Shown here piece by piece: positions 23,401 through 38,400 of a stretch of 64,000 nucleotides of DNA. A program made the translations under genes and the position numbers. The DNA is from Botryllus schlosseri. Taxonomy: Eukaryota. The stretch is from contig CM119384.1 of assembly GCA_051294905.1 (NCBI GenBank), positions 18,228,001 to 18,292,000 of the forward strand. Direction: 5' to 3'. Positions within the stretch are counted from its first letter, which is position 1; each line of letters starts with the position of its first letter. The notes beneath the pieces are model-generated. The model made no database searches, was not told the DNA's origin, and saw nothing but the letters and a program-made list of their open reading frames with translations.

Positions 23401-26400
23401 ACCATCATTGTATCGACGTTTAACATCAACATCTACTTCCAAAGCCCCTTTTCATGGATTTCATCGACTAATGGCCCCCTATTATAAGGGTTATTAATGA
23501 CGAGTGATTGAGATCAGTTTAGAAATCAGTTTATAGGCCTTTTTGGTTCAGGTTCGATTTTGTGAAATATATCAGACTTTCATCGTGGCATATGACTACT
23601 CGACTCTTCAATATATAATATTTGTGCGTACACGTGCATGCCTTCCTACGTTCTTATTTGCATGCATAATATGGATTAAAATGTTGTACTCGATTTAGAC
23701 CGCGGCATAAAGTCTGAGGTCGATTACGGTTTTGTGTGCCAATGGTGTACACCTGTACATCTGGATTGGTAAACGGGTGAAAATACGTAGTATGTTTATA
23801 TCAAAGTCCGGCAACTCAATTTTACATTAAGTCTTAGTTCTGGTCTGGCCAGGGATTGAACAGGCGACCCAACAATCAAAAAGCTGGGTAGTTCTGGAAT
23901 TACCTTGTGTTGTGTCTCCGCGCTACTTAGTAGACCTACAGACTGATAAAGAACTGAGAGTGGGCTAGTATCGATGCCTGCACCTGGCAGTCAAGGTTGC
24001 CACCATTCTTCAGTTGAGCGACCAATAGCTTGGTAACGAATACTTTAAATCAGTGGTCGGCAACTTTTATGCAACCAAGAGCTACTTCTTGGGTACTGAT
24101 TGAAGCGACGGGCTACCATTTACTCCCACCGTTTACCCTTACCAGACTCAATTTTCGCTTTGATATTCATAGCACTGGGCAGGAATCACATTATGGTAAG
24201 AATTCTAAGAGAGTCTTTTAAATCAAAACATCTCATTTCAACTAGTAAGTCAATAAGATATTTTAAGGTATCATCAATTACTTCGCGCCATGTTTGTATA
24301 AATTATACAAGAACAGTCAACTCAAATTTTAAAATAATCATGTCACACTTTAGACTGGACATCATTCTTTCTATTTCTGTATCAGTCAGTGGGAAGCCTG
24401 GCATTGCATGCTATCAACTAGTGCGCTGTACTCTGGTCAACTTGACACTGCAACTCTGAGCGAGTGCTTCAGATGTGCATTCGTGAGGCGTGTTCTTAGT
24501 TTGTTTTTGATATCTGGTTTGGACATCGTAACATGTGATTTTGGCAGGGATTAAAAAACTGCGTGCATGTAAGGGCACTAAATCGATTGTCCTTCGCAGA
24601 ATCATTTATTGCTATTATTTAATTCTCTAGCCACCCTGGAAGTCCGCGGACTTGGAAAACGGTCAAAATGACCAACCGGCCTCCGCACGTCGCTCTAAAT
24701 CCCAGGAAAAACTCCAGGTTGGTCATGGCTATAGTATGGTATTTCTGAAGGTCTGGAAAGTACTCAAATCGTGGATTGGACAGAGGTGGTCAAAGTAGTC
24801 AAGAAATCTACTCAAGTAGAAGTAGAAGTAGCGATGAAAATATCTACTCAAGTACGAGTAGAAGTACTTCCTCCATAAGCAACCTAAAACTACTTGAAGT
24901 AGAAGTAGAATTGACTGACTTTAAAAGTACTCAAGTAAGTAAGTAGTTATGAAAACGATCCTAATTCGTTCACATGAATTGTAAAAAGGTGAAAATTGAG
25001 CTATGCGATAGGTGACGAGCTTGATTCATATTGATGCATACCAGCAGTCATCCAATTTTCGATAGCATAAGTATTCGTCCACATCATGGGATCAAAATGA
25101 GTATTGATATGGAAATGTGATGATATTCCTCTGCTTTCTCGAACAGCACGTTTTAGAAAATAGCATGGTACGGCGCCATTCCCCATATTATAAGGCCCGT
25201 AGTTTAGTCGACGAGCAATACGGAGAAGTTGTATAGGATGCGCTGTAAACACTTTGCTCGATTAGTATACGTTAATAAAAAATACGGTGCACCGTAAAAA
25301 TGCCATATTGTGTAGATTTATTTCCAGTAATTAAAGGCATTGCTACACTTGCTTTCATGCTTCAACAGGTATATTATCCAGACAAAAGAGCTGATGATAA
25401 TTATAACTCAAAGTATATGATACTGGGAATTGAAAATGAATTATAAATGCTACTTCTAAAAGCGGAACATGTATTTCATGTTTTTAGTCCAGAAAGTTTC
25501 AAAGGTAGTATGCTAAAACAGCTCTAAAACTAAAAAAAGTCAGAGTCCACTTTTCCATATTTGGACACGCCATGGACATGCTAGATTACGATATGACAAG
25601 TAAATGCTAGATTGCGAAACATCAGTTTCAAACGTTATGATGAGCCATATATGCTGTGATGTATTATTTGATATGGACGAAGGGCGACAATGTGGTGTGA
25701 ACGGAACCACGCCATCCCTCTACCTAAATTATATTCACCGATACTTTCGTGAAATCATACTGGTCGCTCCGGACCCAGCACTACGCGCCAAGCGCGACGA
25801 AAATTCTGGGCTTTACTAAACTTTTATGAAAATTAAATGTTGATACTCCGTGAAAACAGCCTCGAAATTCCTCAGGCTATCTTCCTGATTGGAAGATTGA
25901 ACTACTTCTACTTAACAAACTGAAAATAGCGAAAAGTAAGTAAGTAGATCACAAAATATTACGAAGTAGAAGTAGCGAAAATCAGATCTACTTGAGTAAT
26001 TACCAGAAGTAGAGGAAAACTACTTGAGTACTTCGAAAAAGTAGAAGTACTTCGTTACTGTCCACCTCTGGGATTGGATTACCTCAAATAATCCTAATAA
26101 GGCATATCTAAAACTCTTACAGAAGAATGTTATTTCTTAAGGTCTGGAAAGTACTCAAATCGTGGATTGGATTAACTCAAATAATCTTAATAAGGCATAT
26201 CTAAAACTCGTACAGAAGTATGGTATAGCATATTTTCTACTAACTTTATATCCCAGATTTGTTTTCACATATCCCGCTAGAAACAATATCATGTTTTTCC
26301 CTCTATCAGGGTTAGTTTAAACCGGTAAATTGATCAAAATGCAACTAGATATATCTGATACCTTATCCTCCTCAATCACATTATGGGTCAATGAAGTTCT

Positions 26401-29400
26401 TATATACCCCATGGCTCCGGGTACTTGAGGCATAGGCGCCGACTTTTATTTTTGCATGGGGTGGCGGCAGGCGCGTAGTCAGGGGGTGTCGAAACACCCT
26501 CCGTTTGAAACGCAAAACCCCTTCCTTTTGAAATGGCCCATCTGACGCTAATATTCAGTTGCAATTCAACAAGTCGTGTTATCAGTGTTACGCTGGGCCA
26601 ATTAGCGAGATTCGTCTGTGCAGTGTGCACGCATATCGCATCGCTCAATGTAACGCGACGCGATCTCCCGCTGAGATGATTGCGAAACTAGGTCATTGAT
26701 TGCCGCCATATCGGCATGCGTCGCTGGACTGAGCAGTAACACGGCGCGACAATTCTGGAACACGAAAGATAGGCAAGAATAATGATTTGATTACAAACGC
26801 GCACGGCCTATCGGTAATTATTCCTCACCGCCAACGCAATGGGTTTTTACTTAGTATTGAGTAGCTCGCATCGCGACAATTGCTGGTTGCTGATTAAAAC
26901 ATCGATTTTGACTGCATTGCTGCATTTCCTGATTAACGTTCGCAAAGAATAATTGGATTAATATTATGGGCACTGGAATAGTTTCCAACTAGCAGGCACA
27001 CACAATAAAACTCCGTTCAACTATGCGCTACGAGAATATTTATCACAAAAATGTTTCGCAAAATATTTTAAACGCGACTTGCGGCCCTCATCGATGCAAA
27101 TAATGCAATTTTATTTGTAGACGGTGAACGTTTATTTGATCGGCAAATCGCGATAGGAGACGATGTTTCTCAGAGTGTGCGATGAAATTTACGTTTCCAA
27201 CGACGAGGTCGAATTTGTACATCAATAAGGATCGTTAGTTTGCTGAAATCAGCATCAGTACGCTGTGCGAAATACATAGTAGTGATCAATTTTATCGGAC
27301 TGTACAATCGGCCGGCAAGGTTGCGCTGATAGCGAAGTTGCAGACAAGCCGCAAACCTGCAATAATTAGAATTACAGGGTGCGCTAGTCATACCTAAATA
27401 CCCAGATTCGGCAATGGCAATGAGCACAATTTGTTCAGACGCGGGCATAAGTTTTAATCAAAAAGATACATAAACACAAACAATATTACACTCAGAGATT
27501 GTTACTGTTTGGCGGAAGTGTTTCTGCGGACGACAGTAGGCCTGCATGCGGACGCGCTAAATCAAAGCACCGCCGATAGTGCACATGTGATATCGATGAC
27601 CCAGTTCGCATACAAATGATTCTCACTAATTTGCAGTACGCAGCATCGATAATACGAATTAGTGAATTGGCATTTGGACTGGATTTATAGTTTTAATACC
27701 GACAACGCGCTGGTTAACATCAGCCCGGGGCCTTCGGCCTACGTAAGTCCCGATCAGCCAGTCGAATTTGATCGCGAAACGGTACAATTGTAATTATCCA
27801 GGTGTTATTGAAGCAAAAGCAATATGGGCGCATGCCGCAACCTTATCCATACAAATACAAATCCCGATGGTCTGAAATTCGATCCGCGACATGGTTGCGC
27901 GCGATAGAGTCCGTCCAGCAATGGAGTTTGTTGGAACATAAAAGGTTCCCGCTCAAACTAATCGAATAAATTCAGAATTTACGCCACCGAGAACTGCTTG
28001 TTGCATCAATATTTGACAACATGATTCAACGCCGTGCACTGCACAATGCGCACTATAATAACAATCAAACAAACACTGATAAGTGTCTTCGAAGAATACG
28101 AGTGTATTAAGCAGACAAGAATTAGTAGCCTGGAGATGATAGCAAACGAGAAAGCGAGTATCTAATAAGTAATTACTCAACTTGCGTATACCAAAATGGG
28201 GTTCCGAGTCTGACATCGCGACAATTGTTTGCAATTGAATATGCGCACTTTGCGCAGAACAGACTTTCAATTCGCAGGCATACAATAGCACACTGCCCTA
28301 TTTCACACAACTAACTCAAGAATTATTTTGTAATCGAATACGTTCGCAAAGACAAGTTAATTAATAGAAGTAGAACGTGAATTCGCTCATTCGGTATAGA
28401 AAAAGCTGGTATTTCTCCGAGCACGCGCGTCGAAATCGACGTCGTAAACGAGGTCGCTTCGATTGTATGATTACCAATCACGAATTACAATTTATTGGGG
28501 CGTTTTAAGCACTATTTCAAGCTGAGTATTCAATTAATCGCGCGCGTATCGGGTAATAGTAAATATAGTTGGCATTTACGCGATAATCATAGACTTGCTA
28601 ATTGACAGCATAGATGGCGGGTGATTAACCAATTTGTATGGGGTGTCCGCCACCCCATAATTATGTCATGGGGTGGCTGAGCCACCCCGCCACCCCATAA
28701 TTCGGCGCCTATGCTTGAGAGTACATAATTCTGTAACGAATCTCTTAAAATTCACAATCACTTCAAGCAAGTATCAGCGGAGCATTCGTGCTTTTATTTG
28801 CACAGATTTTGGAGCCTGAAGAAAGCGGCAAGAAAGTGCCGGTGCCGCTATCCTATGACAAACCTGCTCAGGTAAATGCTTTGTTGTATGTTACTATAAG
28901 TGAAATGGATAGATAGTTTAATACTTCATCGCTTGCCGAATATGAACAAATAAACAAAATCTCTATGGATTAGGTGACGACTAGCGACCGCGAGGCTAGT
29001 ATGAACTAGTTCATGTAAGTTTTTGATAAGAAATATTTGACCAACAATATGGCGTATCGAAAAATGAGAAATATATTGAACCGCATCAAAAGCTTGCCCG
29101 CCTCTTATTATCGCAGTCTTTATTCACAGTAAAACTGGTAAATACACACATAATCCAGGAGCAACCTGCCCCCCCCCCAAGGAAACTGTCTTGATTGAAG
29201 TAAACTTTTAAAATTTCAGAAATATAGTCAAATTGTTATTCCTATGCAATACATGGAGATGTCAGATTACAGAATCGCAGTAGATGAAGAATTGACAAGG
29301 GTTGCAGAGCAGAAATAGAGATGATTGAAAATGAAGAATCGAAATTACAGATATTATGCTGCGATTCACGCGCACAAGTGTAATTTTAGTCCAGTGGTGC

Positions 29401-32400
29401 ATTCAAGGCCTTCCGAAAAATATGCACATTGCCCAATAACGTGACCTTCTGGATCATGTCGAATCGAACGTTACCCGGAATCTAATGGATATGTCTCATG
29501 AGTTTTTTGCTTACGACCCCTGTAGCGCCAATGACTATCGGTACAATGTTTACTTTGCATCGCCACATTTTCACACATTCCATTTTGAGATCTGCGTATT
29601 TCGAATATTTTTCTGATTCTTTTTGTAGTATGTTGTGATCAGCTGGGAAAGCCAGTTCAATGAATAAGCATTCTCTTTTCTTTTTCAGTTTGATTATCAT
29701 ATCCGGGTGGTTGCTCCAGATTTCGTGGTCAGTTATAACTGGTACATAACACATAATTTTTACTTGGTCGTTTTCTGTCACTGGTGCTGGCTGTAATCAT
29801 ACCAATTTTTTTGTCGAAGTGGTGATGTTAAAATGTTTGCATAATTCAAGATGAATGTAGTGACCAACCTTATTGTGTCTCCATGCGTATTCGGTAGCTG
29901 AAATTAAGTGCACCCCAGCCGTGAGATGTGCTACAGTTTCATTTTGGTTGTGGCACATTCTGCATTTGCCGTTCGTGTTTTGCTTCAGAATTCTTTTGCG
30001 ATAGTATTTTAATATTAAGATTATTATTATTTATTATTAAAAACATGTTATTGAGGATCAAAGACGAAATCCCCGGTTGGTGAATATGGTGATTTATCTA
30101 ACTTTATGAAATCTGTTGTTAATTCCATATCTTTGAAGTAGTTTGATTTTTTGTGATTCTTCGGCACTTGAATCGAGAAGTCGGATTGTCTCCTCGCGTA
30201 TATCTGTCATTTGTTAATGGATTGTTAAACACAACGAAATTGATTCTATTTCAGAATTGGTCAATAGGCCATGGTGTGATATTTGAGGGATTTATGCGTT
30301 GTATCGACTATATTTATGTGGAATGTTACTGATAGAAATGCTTGTTGTTATCGACAGACGGTAATCCGATAGTGACTCAAACATTACAATGCAAAATTTG
30401 AAATCAATTACAAAAATTCAATCTTTTATGTCTTTTCTCCAGTACCGGACAGTGTTGTAATCATGCCGGGATCTGCTCTTCTTTTTCTAAATAGATTTTG
30501 ATATTATAAATTTGTTTCTAAATAGATTTTGGAACGCGAAAGTAAAGAAATGCAAATGCAAATGCATACCGAAGAACTTTCTGAAGCAAAATCTCTTCCG
30601 CAGGTAATTATTTCACATTAATTAGTTATTGCATTTTCCATCAAAACACATAGTTGATTTTTTTAAATGAACCATCGACATCCACTGATGCCGAAACAGT
30701 TTTGTCTGAGAACGCCGAAGGCAAGCTCACTGTGGGTAGAGAAGAATAGTTTCAAAACAACGTCCCATTAAATCCAAGATATTTTCGTTCTTTGTGCAGT
30801 ATACAAAGATGAAAGAATTAGGATCGTCTGATTCTCCACCTCAGCAGGAACAACTGGAATCGTCTGATTCTCCACCTCAACAGGAAGAATTAAGATCCTC
30901 TGATTCTCCACCTCAACAGGAAGAATTAGGATCCTCTGATTCTCCACCTCAGCAGGAAGAATCAGTATCGTCTGATTCTCCACCTCAGCAGGAAAAACCA
31001 AGATCGTCCGATTCGCCACCTCAGCAGGAAGAATTAGGAACGTCTGATTCTCCACCTCAGCGGGAAGAATTAGGATCGTATGATCCTCAACCTCAGCAGG
31101 AAGACTTTCATAATCTCCAGGTGAGGTTTGTTTATAATATTGCTAAATAAAAAGTAATGTATGTTGCAGTATTCATCCTAATATGATGTAATTGTATTCG
31201 AGGTCGTTGAAGTAGTCACTATGGGCACTTGAGCATCGGCGGAGTACAATTGGTGATGTAATATTTTCCATCACTCAGAGTAGAACTAGTGCCCTCCTAG
31301 ACAGCCCTAATCTGCAGATAGTCGGAGACAAGTAAGAGTTTGGAAAATACTCGAATAGCTTGAAATAGTAGCGTGTGAAAATGGGTAACTGGCAGTTATT
31401 GGAAACGTTTTTTGAAAAGACTACATTTCAGCATGGTTGCTAGTGGCGTAGAAGTTTCAATTACAAAATTCAATTCTCTGACTGTAATGAAACGGGTTTG
31501 TGAAGATTTCTTTAAAAATATTCACTCTACCTGCCCCAGTGGACTATGCCTTGCTTGTAAAACAGGTATCCACCGCCTCCTTCTTAGGCTCAGACACTCC
31601 TGAATAGAGATGTGGAATATTGATGCTGATTCCATATCCTTCTGGTTACTTTACATAATCATAGCTCAAGCACCCTGACGGTACAGACGAAAACAAATAA
31701 GCAGATAGCTTTAGGCAATTGGGGAGTTCTCTTAGTCAATACATGTACTGTCATTAACGTGATATACCCAAGTCGAATGTTGGTAGTAGCATGTTTCGAA
31801 GTGTTGAAGCATCAGAAGTTTATCTGGTCTCCTCCTGTAAATCGCTATTTTGATGGCGTTTTTAGTACTATGACGTATTGTTTCTAATTGTGATCCGTAT
31901 TATTTTTGTGACATTTAGATTCCGGCAAAAAAGGATTCCACATTCAAAACGGGCGTCGACAATGTCGCTTTAGAAATGGTTAGTGAAATGATATCAGGAT
32001 GGTATATGAGTAGCAATGAATCGAAATTCCCGTTTGATCTGCAGCGTCAGAACGTAATGAAGGCAAAAAATGACACAGCGCCCGAGCCTTTGGAACAAGT
32101 ATGAATCGAATCATATTTTCTCCAAGCCATTCATTATTCCTAAATTCCTGTCAAATTACATTGCCACAGTGGGTTTGCAATTCCGTTTTTCGTGCTTTGC
32201 AAGCATTTATATTTGAAGCAGCGTACCTTATGGCTACTAAATCTAATGAATCTTATTTTTCTGTTAATTTATAGATTACGGTGGACACAGTATGTGAATT
32301 GGAAATTTGCATTGATGATGTCGCGTCCAAAATGGTAAATGAAATAGTAATACGAAGCATGGATTGCAATTAATCTAAATTCATCTTTGGTCTACAGGTT

Positions 32401-35400
32401 GAGAATGTTCTTGAGGAAGAAACACTCAAAGCACCTGAACCATTGAAACAAGTGAGAATTGGATTTTTATTTTCTCGTCAATCCGCTTTCTGAATATTGC
32501 ACTGTCACATACGTTTTTAATTTGAATTGAGGCTTTAAAATAATATAGTTATTGAATAGGTTCTACTTCTTGCCCTTCCTTATGCAAATATTATATCAGC
32601 CGGGATGCAAATCAGACATCGACTCTATTTCAACTCTTTTAGAATCAACCAGAGCATGAAGCAGCTGACGAAGTGGGATTGGATGACGTGACGATGAATT
32701 TTGATGAAGATCTTGGTCAGCGATCTGATGTAAGCTACTTTGTTAAAATGCTCTTCCAATGTATTAGTATAGTAGTGCTACAAATCTCTCATACAATATC
32801 AACCTTCACCTAGAATGGATTAAATTCATATTTTAATATTTTTGAATTTGTAAAATTGATTGGATTGTACGTCCACAAAATGTCGATGTCATTCGAAGTC
32901 GAGAAATACGATAACAGCTTTCTTTCCCGTGATTAGTTTCGGTATAAATATAGTATAACAATATGCGTCAATTCAATGTAATGTTGATATTATCCATTCT
33001 CTAAGCGATAAAAGTAAGAATTTGTGAGGATAAGCAATATTTAGGCCCAAGTAAAATATTTCCCATTTGCTCCGACAAGGATGGAGAAATTGCAAGGAAG
33101 AAATTACAAAATCATTGAAATTAATCTTCTATTATACGCTGACTATCGTCAATCCCTCATTTACGGGTATACAAAAATTGAATTTTCTACCGTGTAGCAA
33201 TTTGACTGTTAATAAAACCAAATCCATGGAATTATAGGCCCCTGGTAGATTTAATCTTATGCACATCTTGATTAAGAATGCATTTGGACAGATTGATTCT
33301 ATTTCTGTAAGTCTTCTGTTGACAACCTGGTGGTACGCGATTATTTATGAAGTCTTTTTCGGTGAAAATATGATAAAGATTGAATTTTTGAACATATCTA
33401 GTAGAATCTAGCAGTATCGAACTCATATTCGTTTCAGCTAACGGCTGTGGATTTTATGCGAATGACACAGGAAAGTTCGCTTCCCAAGATGTCTGCGTCA
33501 TTGGAGATGCTGGTGCGGGTAGGTACTAATATATTAACTACTGAAACGAGATACCGCACCCTCCATTGTGACCAGGGTAATATCTGTCTCCCGGGTGGCT
33601 CGGCTCTGAAGACTATGTCATATCGAGCCTCCCGTCTACCTTGCATGTCGCATTTCACTGTTACATTTTTGTAGTGATATGTTGATATGTAATGTATACG
33701 AATAAAGATTCTCTCTCTCTCTCTCTCTCTCTCTGTCTCATTCGAGATTATGAAAGATTGACTGGCATTAATTGATAAGCAGGGGTACGCGAACAACTTC
33801 ATTTTTGTGGTATAGTAACAACTTTGGCCTATGCATCCGCGATTAAACGTTTACGTGACAAGCGAAAAAATGTTCAAGTTTACCAAATGCAGCGTTTAAT
33901 AAGGCTTAACTAAACTACCATACTTTTAAATCACGTTGTAGTATTTACTCGCCTCATCTGGACTTTAGGCCTCTTTAGACGACACTTCGTCATCTCAGTA
34001 TAGCGATGTTGTTATAGCTTGTTTTATTGGGTTAGTTAGTTATTTCCCTGTGAGTACAGTGGGGTGCAGCGCTAATTGCCCGGAAACCATGGTTCGGCGA
34101 TCACAGACTCCTGTAAAACAGCGATTGTAGAGGGCTATAGTCGGTATAGTTGGCGTTTCAGTTGTTTTAATCCACTCAAGACACACAATGTAGGTAGATT
34201 GTACAATGCGATGTAATGATTAGGTTTTATTGAAGAGGATGGGTATCGGGTATTAGCACATATTCCGGACGGGTGGTATAAATTGTGCGCTGGTACGGCG
34301 ACGTAGGCTATGCTGTGTATTGTAGATCAGTGGTTCTCAAGGTTTTGTTCGACACGTCCCCTTGATGACAGTGAGAAATTTCGCGCTCTGTTATTTTCCT
34401 ATATCAAGAATATTAAAAATAATGTTTGCCCTCCCAGTGCAATGTTTGGTGACACGGAAGATGTTATGGCTCTTGATATTCGAATTATACACAGAGCAAT
34501 TATTATGAGCAGGAGGTAAATCGCGCCGATCGCAAAAAAATCATTCTAGTTTATTATTTTGCTAAACATAATCCCTTGCAATGGTAGCAAGTAGCACATG
34601 GATGTTTTATAGATTCTGGTTCCCAATTCCTTCTATCACCCCACTTGAGCTTAGCTCAAACGTAAATGACCGTAGGCTCTATATAAAAAACAAACAATGG
34701 CATATAGCTTAACACATTCACTATCAGTCAAAATCTAGCATCAGTGTGCCAATAGCGTTCGACGCAATTATGGCATTAAAATCGGAATATAATGAGGATT
34801 ATTGTTGAAACTTTGAAGTTTGAGCACAAGTTAAACTCATTCCTATAGTTTGTTACTCTCAGGCGGCTTCGCGCCTCCCCTCATACGCTTCCTCGCCCCA
34901 ATTCAGGGATATCTAAAACTCGGGATGGGTCTCTCGTTGTTTAGGCGGACGAGAGAAGTGTCACTTCAGACGCATCGACAGCGGAGTAGCTGTCGACAAT
35001 CACTCATGAAGGATTCGATACCTAACAATTCTACCAGCTTTGGTTGAATTTGATTGGCATTACTTATCTTGTGGCACAATCGTTACATTACAATTGGAGT
35101 AGTGATGTACCTACGATTTAAACTATTAGCTTAGCAGACATTCTGATTTACTCATATCAAACCGAGAACAAATGTATTTCAATCCAGGCTAGATACAAAG
35201 CTGATACAACCAAAAATCACAGAGCAGACAACAAACCAATTTTAATAAAGGCAAGTTACAGAACAGATGCGGTCTAAAATCACAGAGCAGATAACAAACG
35301 TATTTCAAACAAGGCAAGTTACAGAACAGATGCAGTTCAAAATCACAGAGCAGATACAACATAAAACCACAGAGCAGATAACAAACGATTCTATTGAAGG

Positions 35401-38400
35401 CAAGTTACAGAGCAGATTCAGTCCAAAATCACAGAGCAGATAACAAACGTATTTTCATCAAGGCAAGTTACAGAGCAGATGCAGTCCAAAATTACAGAGC
35501 AGATAAAAAAACACAGAGCAGATAACAAACGATTCTATTGAAGGCAAGTTACAGAGCAGATTCAGTCCAAAATCACAGAGCAGATAACAAACGTATTTTC
35601 ATCAAGGCAAGTTACAGAGCAGATGCAGTCCAAAATTACAGAGCAGATAAAAAAACACAGAGCAGATAACAAACGTATTTTCATCAAGGCAAGTTACAGA
35701 GCAGATGCAGTCCAAAATCACAGAGCAGATACAAAAAAAACGGGGCACATAACAAACGGATTTTAATCGACAGAGCAGGTGAAGTCCAAAATCACAGACC
35801 AGATACAAACAAAATTCACTAACAAATAACAAACGAATTTTAATCAAGGCAAGATAGAGAGCAGGTGCAATCCCAAATCACAGAGCAGATACAACCAAAA
35901 ATCGCTAGCTGATATCAAATGTTTTTAGTCACGGCAAGGTACAGAGCAGATACTGCCAAAACCCACTAGCTGATAACAAAAATTTTAAATCAAGGTAAGT
36001 ATGAAGTATGATACAACCAAAAATCACTAACAAACTAGGATTTGCTGGAACCCTTGGAGGAAAGTTTCCTGATCTTTCGCTGTTTTTGGCTTATTGGCAG
36101 CTGTGTCGTAGGATTGCTGTTTATGCGTTTCAATTCATTTTTTGCGAAGCAGTTGAAAGACGTTTGGATGATCAATTCAAAATTGTTATGGGCAATCTTC
36201 TCATTCTCACATACAACAGATGTCAGATTGCACAAAAAAGTTGACTTCAAAATATCACGAATGGCAGACACAAAAACACTTCTTGGATTGTGACAGGTTA
36301 GGAACTTTTTCTTAACATCACTGCCGTTGGATAGAGCTGTGTAGTATTGGACAGCAAGGGTTGTCAAGACATAACAATATTCAGATGGTTCTGAGAGACC
36401 ACCCCTGTTCGCCATTTGCAGCACTGATTTGTACTTGTCTGGTATAGAATCAGACAGTGGTGGAACAGCAATGTTCTTAACAAGTAAATTACTGCATTCC
36501 TCACAATGCCTTCGCCTGATAATAGACCGTCCAATATAGAAAGAAACAGCCGCATCACTATCATCCACCTCGTCAATTGCAACATTACTCAAGAATTCAA
36601 CTAACCACGAGAACTGGGAAGAATGTGATGCATCATCCTCATGATCATTTCTATGATCAGATTGATCGAGATGTGATGCGGTGCACAATCCTCGCTGTTG
36701 GAGTAAACTTAAGCATTGGATCTTTTTCTCTGCCGAAACCAACTGCTTCACTGACATGAAGAAGTTGCCACCATTTGACTGGCGGTACATCCCAAATCTT
36801 GCTTCTATCGGATCGGACATCACTTTTCCTGAGAGTATGTATTCAATACCAAATTTGCCCACCAAATAACTTGTGGGCTCAATTATGACACTCATTGTCT
36901 GGATACACGCCATAAATGTCTCTCGAGTTAGTCCAATACTTCCCGATGCTTGCCATTCTTTAAAGATGATTATTGCCTCTTTCAGGTATGCAAGGCCTGG
37001 ATGATCTTCTGATGTCCGCAGTGGCGTGAACAATGCATTACGCTTCCTCAGGGCTTAAAAATTAAATTAACCTTGGCATTAAAATGAGTTGCTGTGACAT
37101 GTAAATATCCATTACACCTGTTAGATATTTACCTTTGTTAGTTGATTTCACCGACATTACACTCCAAATGTTGTACACGAACTCCACATAATCTGCCGTT
37201 TCCAAGAATTCCGGATGCTTCTCACTGTATAGTGCCTCAAGCCTCGAAAAGTGGATTCGCTGAAAACACCTGCAAAAGAGTCGATAAATATATATGACAG
37301 CTTAAGTAACATTTAGTACGTCTACTGAGATAACGCTACACACAGTAGCTTAAGAAATTAATAATCTACTTCTCATAAATATAGTAGTGATAAACTTACT
37401 TAAAGCATGCCGAGGTGACGTCCGAGCAATGTTGCTTGGGTTCAAAGAAGCTTGTTTCAATTCATGGGCTAACTTCAATGTCTTTTTCTCTTCAAGTGCG
37501 TACAGTTTCTTAATGTGCTCGAAGTCTGCAGTGCAGGACATGCCAAGTATGGATTCATGTCCAACAACTGGAGGGCACATAATTCCTTTGTTCACGAAAT
37601 TATTGAATATATTCTTGAAATTGTGAGTGAAATCGAACATCAAGAAGAGGCGTTCACCAGTTCGGTGAGGACGCTCGATACTGTATTCCATTTTACCACC
37701 ACACAATTCGGAAACTTGAACAGAGGCAACTTGGAAACTTGAGCAGTGGCAGCAGTTGTCCTATTTGCCCTATATCCAGTGCGGCATTCAGGAACGCAAC
37801 ATGTGTAACCCATCCTAATAAAGACTAATAGTCATTGTCCCTAAATTACCAAATTCAGAATAATAATCAAGTGAAATTATGAAACCATATTAAGGTAGTG
37901 AATGGACAGGTAGCCGTATTTCAAACAAACACCCACCTTCATCTAAACATGTAAATATGCATTGTACACTGAATACTAGCAAACATACTGGACAAGCTTC
38001 AAATACAACCAAGAGAAAGCTATAGAACTGCTGAAAACTCCAAATATATCATAACATTTGAACCAAATATGGCGTGTAGCGCTAGTAATTTATACAATAC
38101 TATATCACCATAGTCTATCAACTGCTAATGCCTGCACACTAGAATATGAATATATGATCGATCATCACTTCTCACTCACCATATCATAGTCCACATACTA
38201 CACACTAATCTAAATCCAGGCAAAATACCTCGTATAACTAACACAGCCGCATCTGCTAAGGAGCGACCGGCCATCTCAAGAGCTCGCAAAGACTGATTGT
38301 GACACGCCTGTTGGGCGGCGGCGCGAGTGAATTCAAGAGAGTGACTCATCCCGAAGTTTTAGATATCCCTGGCCCCAATTTGAGAACCACTGCTGTTGAT

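Larger units (their letters stand above)
34904..38371 (-). mobile_element. P-element/THAP9-type DNA transposon, internally deleted
   Basis: ~24-bp TIR CAGGGATATCTAAAACT(T)CGGGATG; direct repeat GCCCCAATT on both sides (34895-34903, 38372-38380); spliced transposase inside. Confidence 0.9.
34328..38392. mobile_element. hAT MITE hosting the P element near its right end
   Basis: CAGTGGTTCTCAA / TTGAGAACCACTG; flanks ttgtagat vs ctgttgat (6/8). Confidence 0.7.

Noticed and set aside
30768-31055. Minus-strand repetitive ORF (ILILPAEVENQ repeats)
   Set aside because: Antisense shadow of the 36-bp repeat exon; splice sites and neighbouring exons support the plus strand.
30820-31100. 36-bp periodic repeat as a CRISPR array
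   Set aside because: Units are contiguous with no unique spacers, the frame is open, the context is eukaryotic and no cas genes are present.
33438-33518. Alternative phase-1 reading NGCGFYANDTGKFASQDVCVIGDAGAG
   Set aside because: Open, but the flanking exons are phase 0, and a phase-1 chain hits TGA at the start of exon 39657.
35602-35847. 81-aa Cys/Leu-rich ORF
   Set aside because: Translation of the minisatellite.
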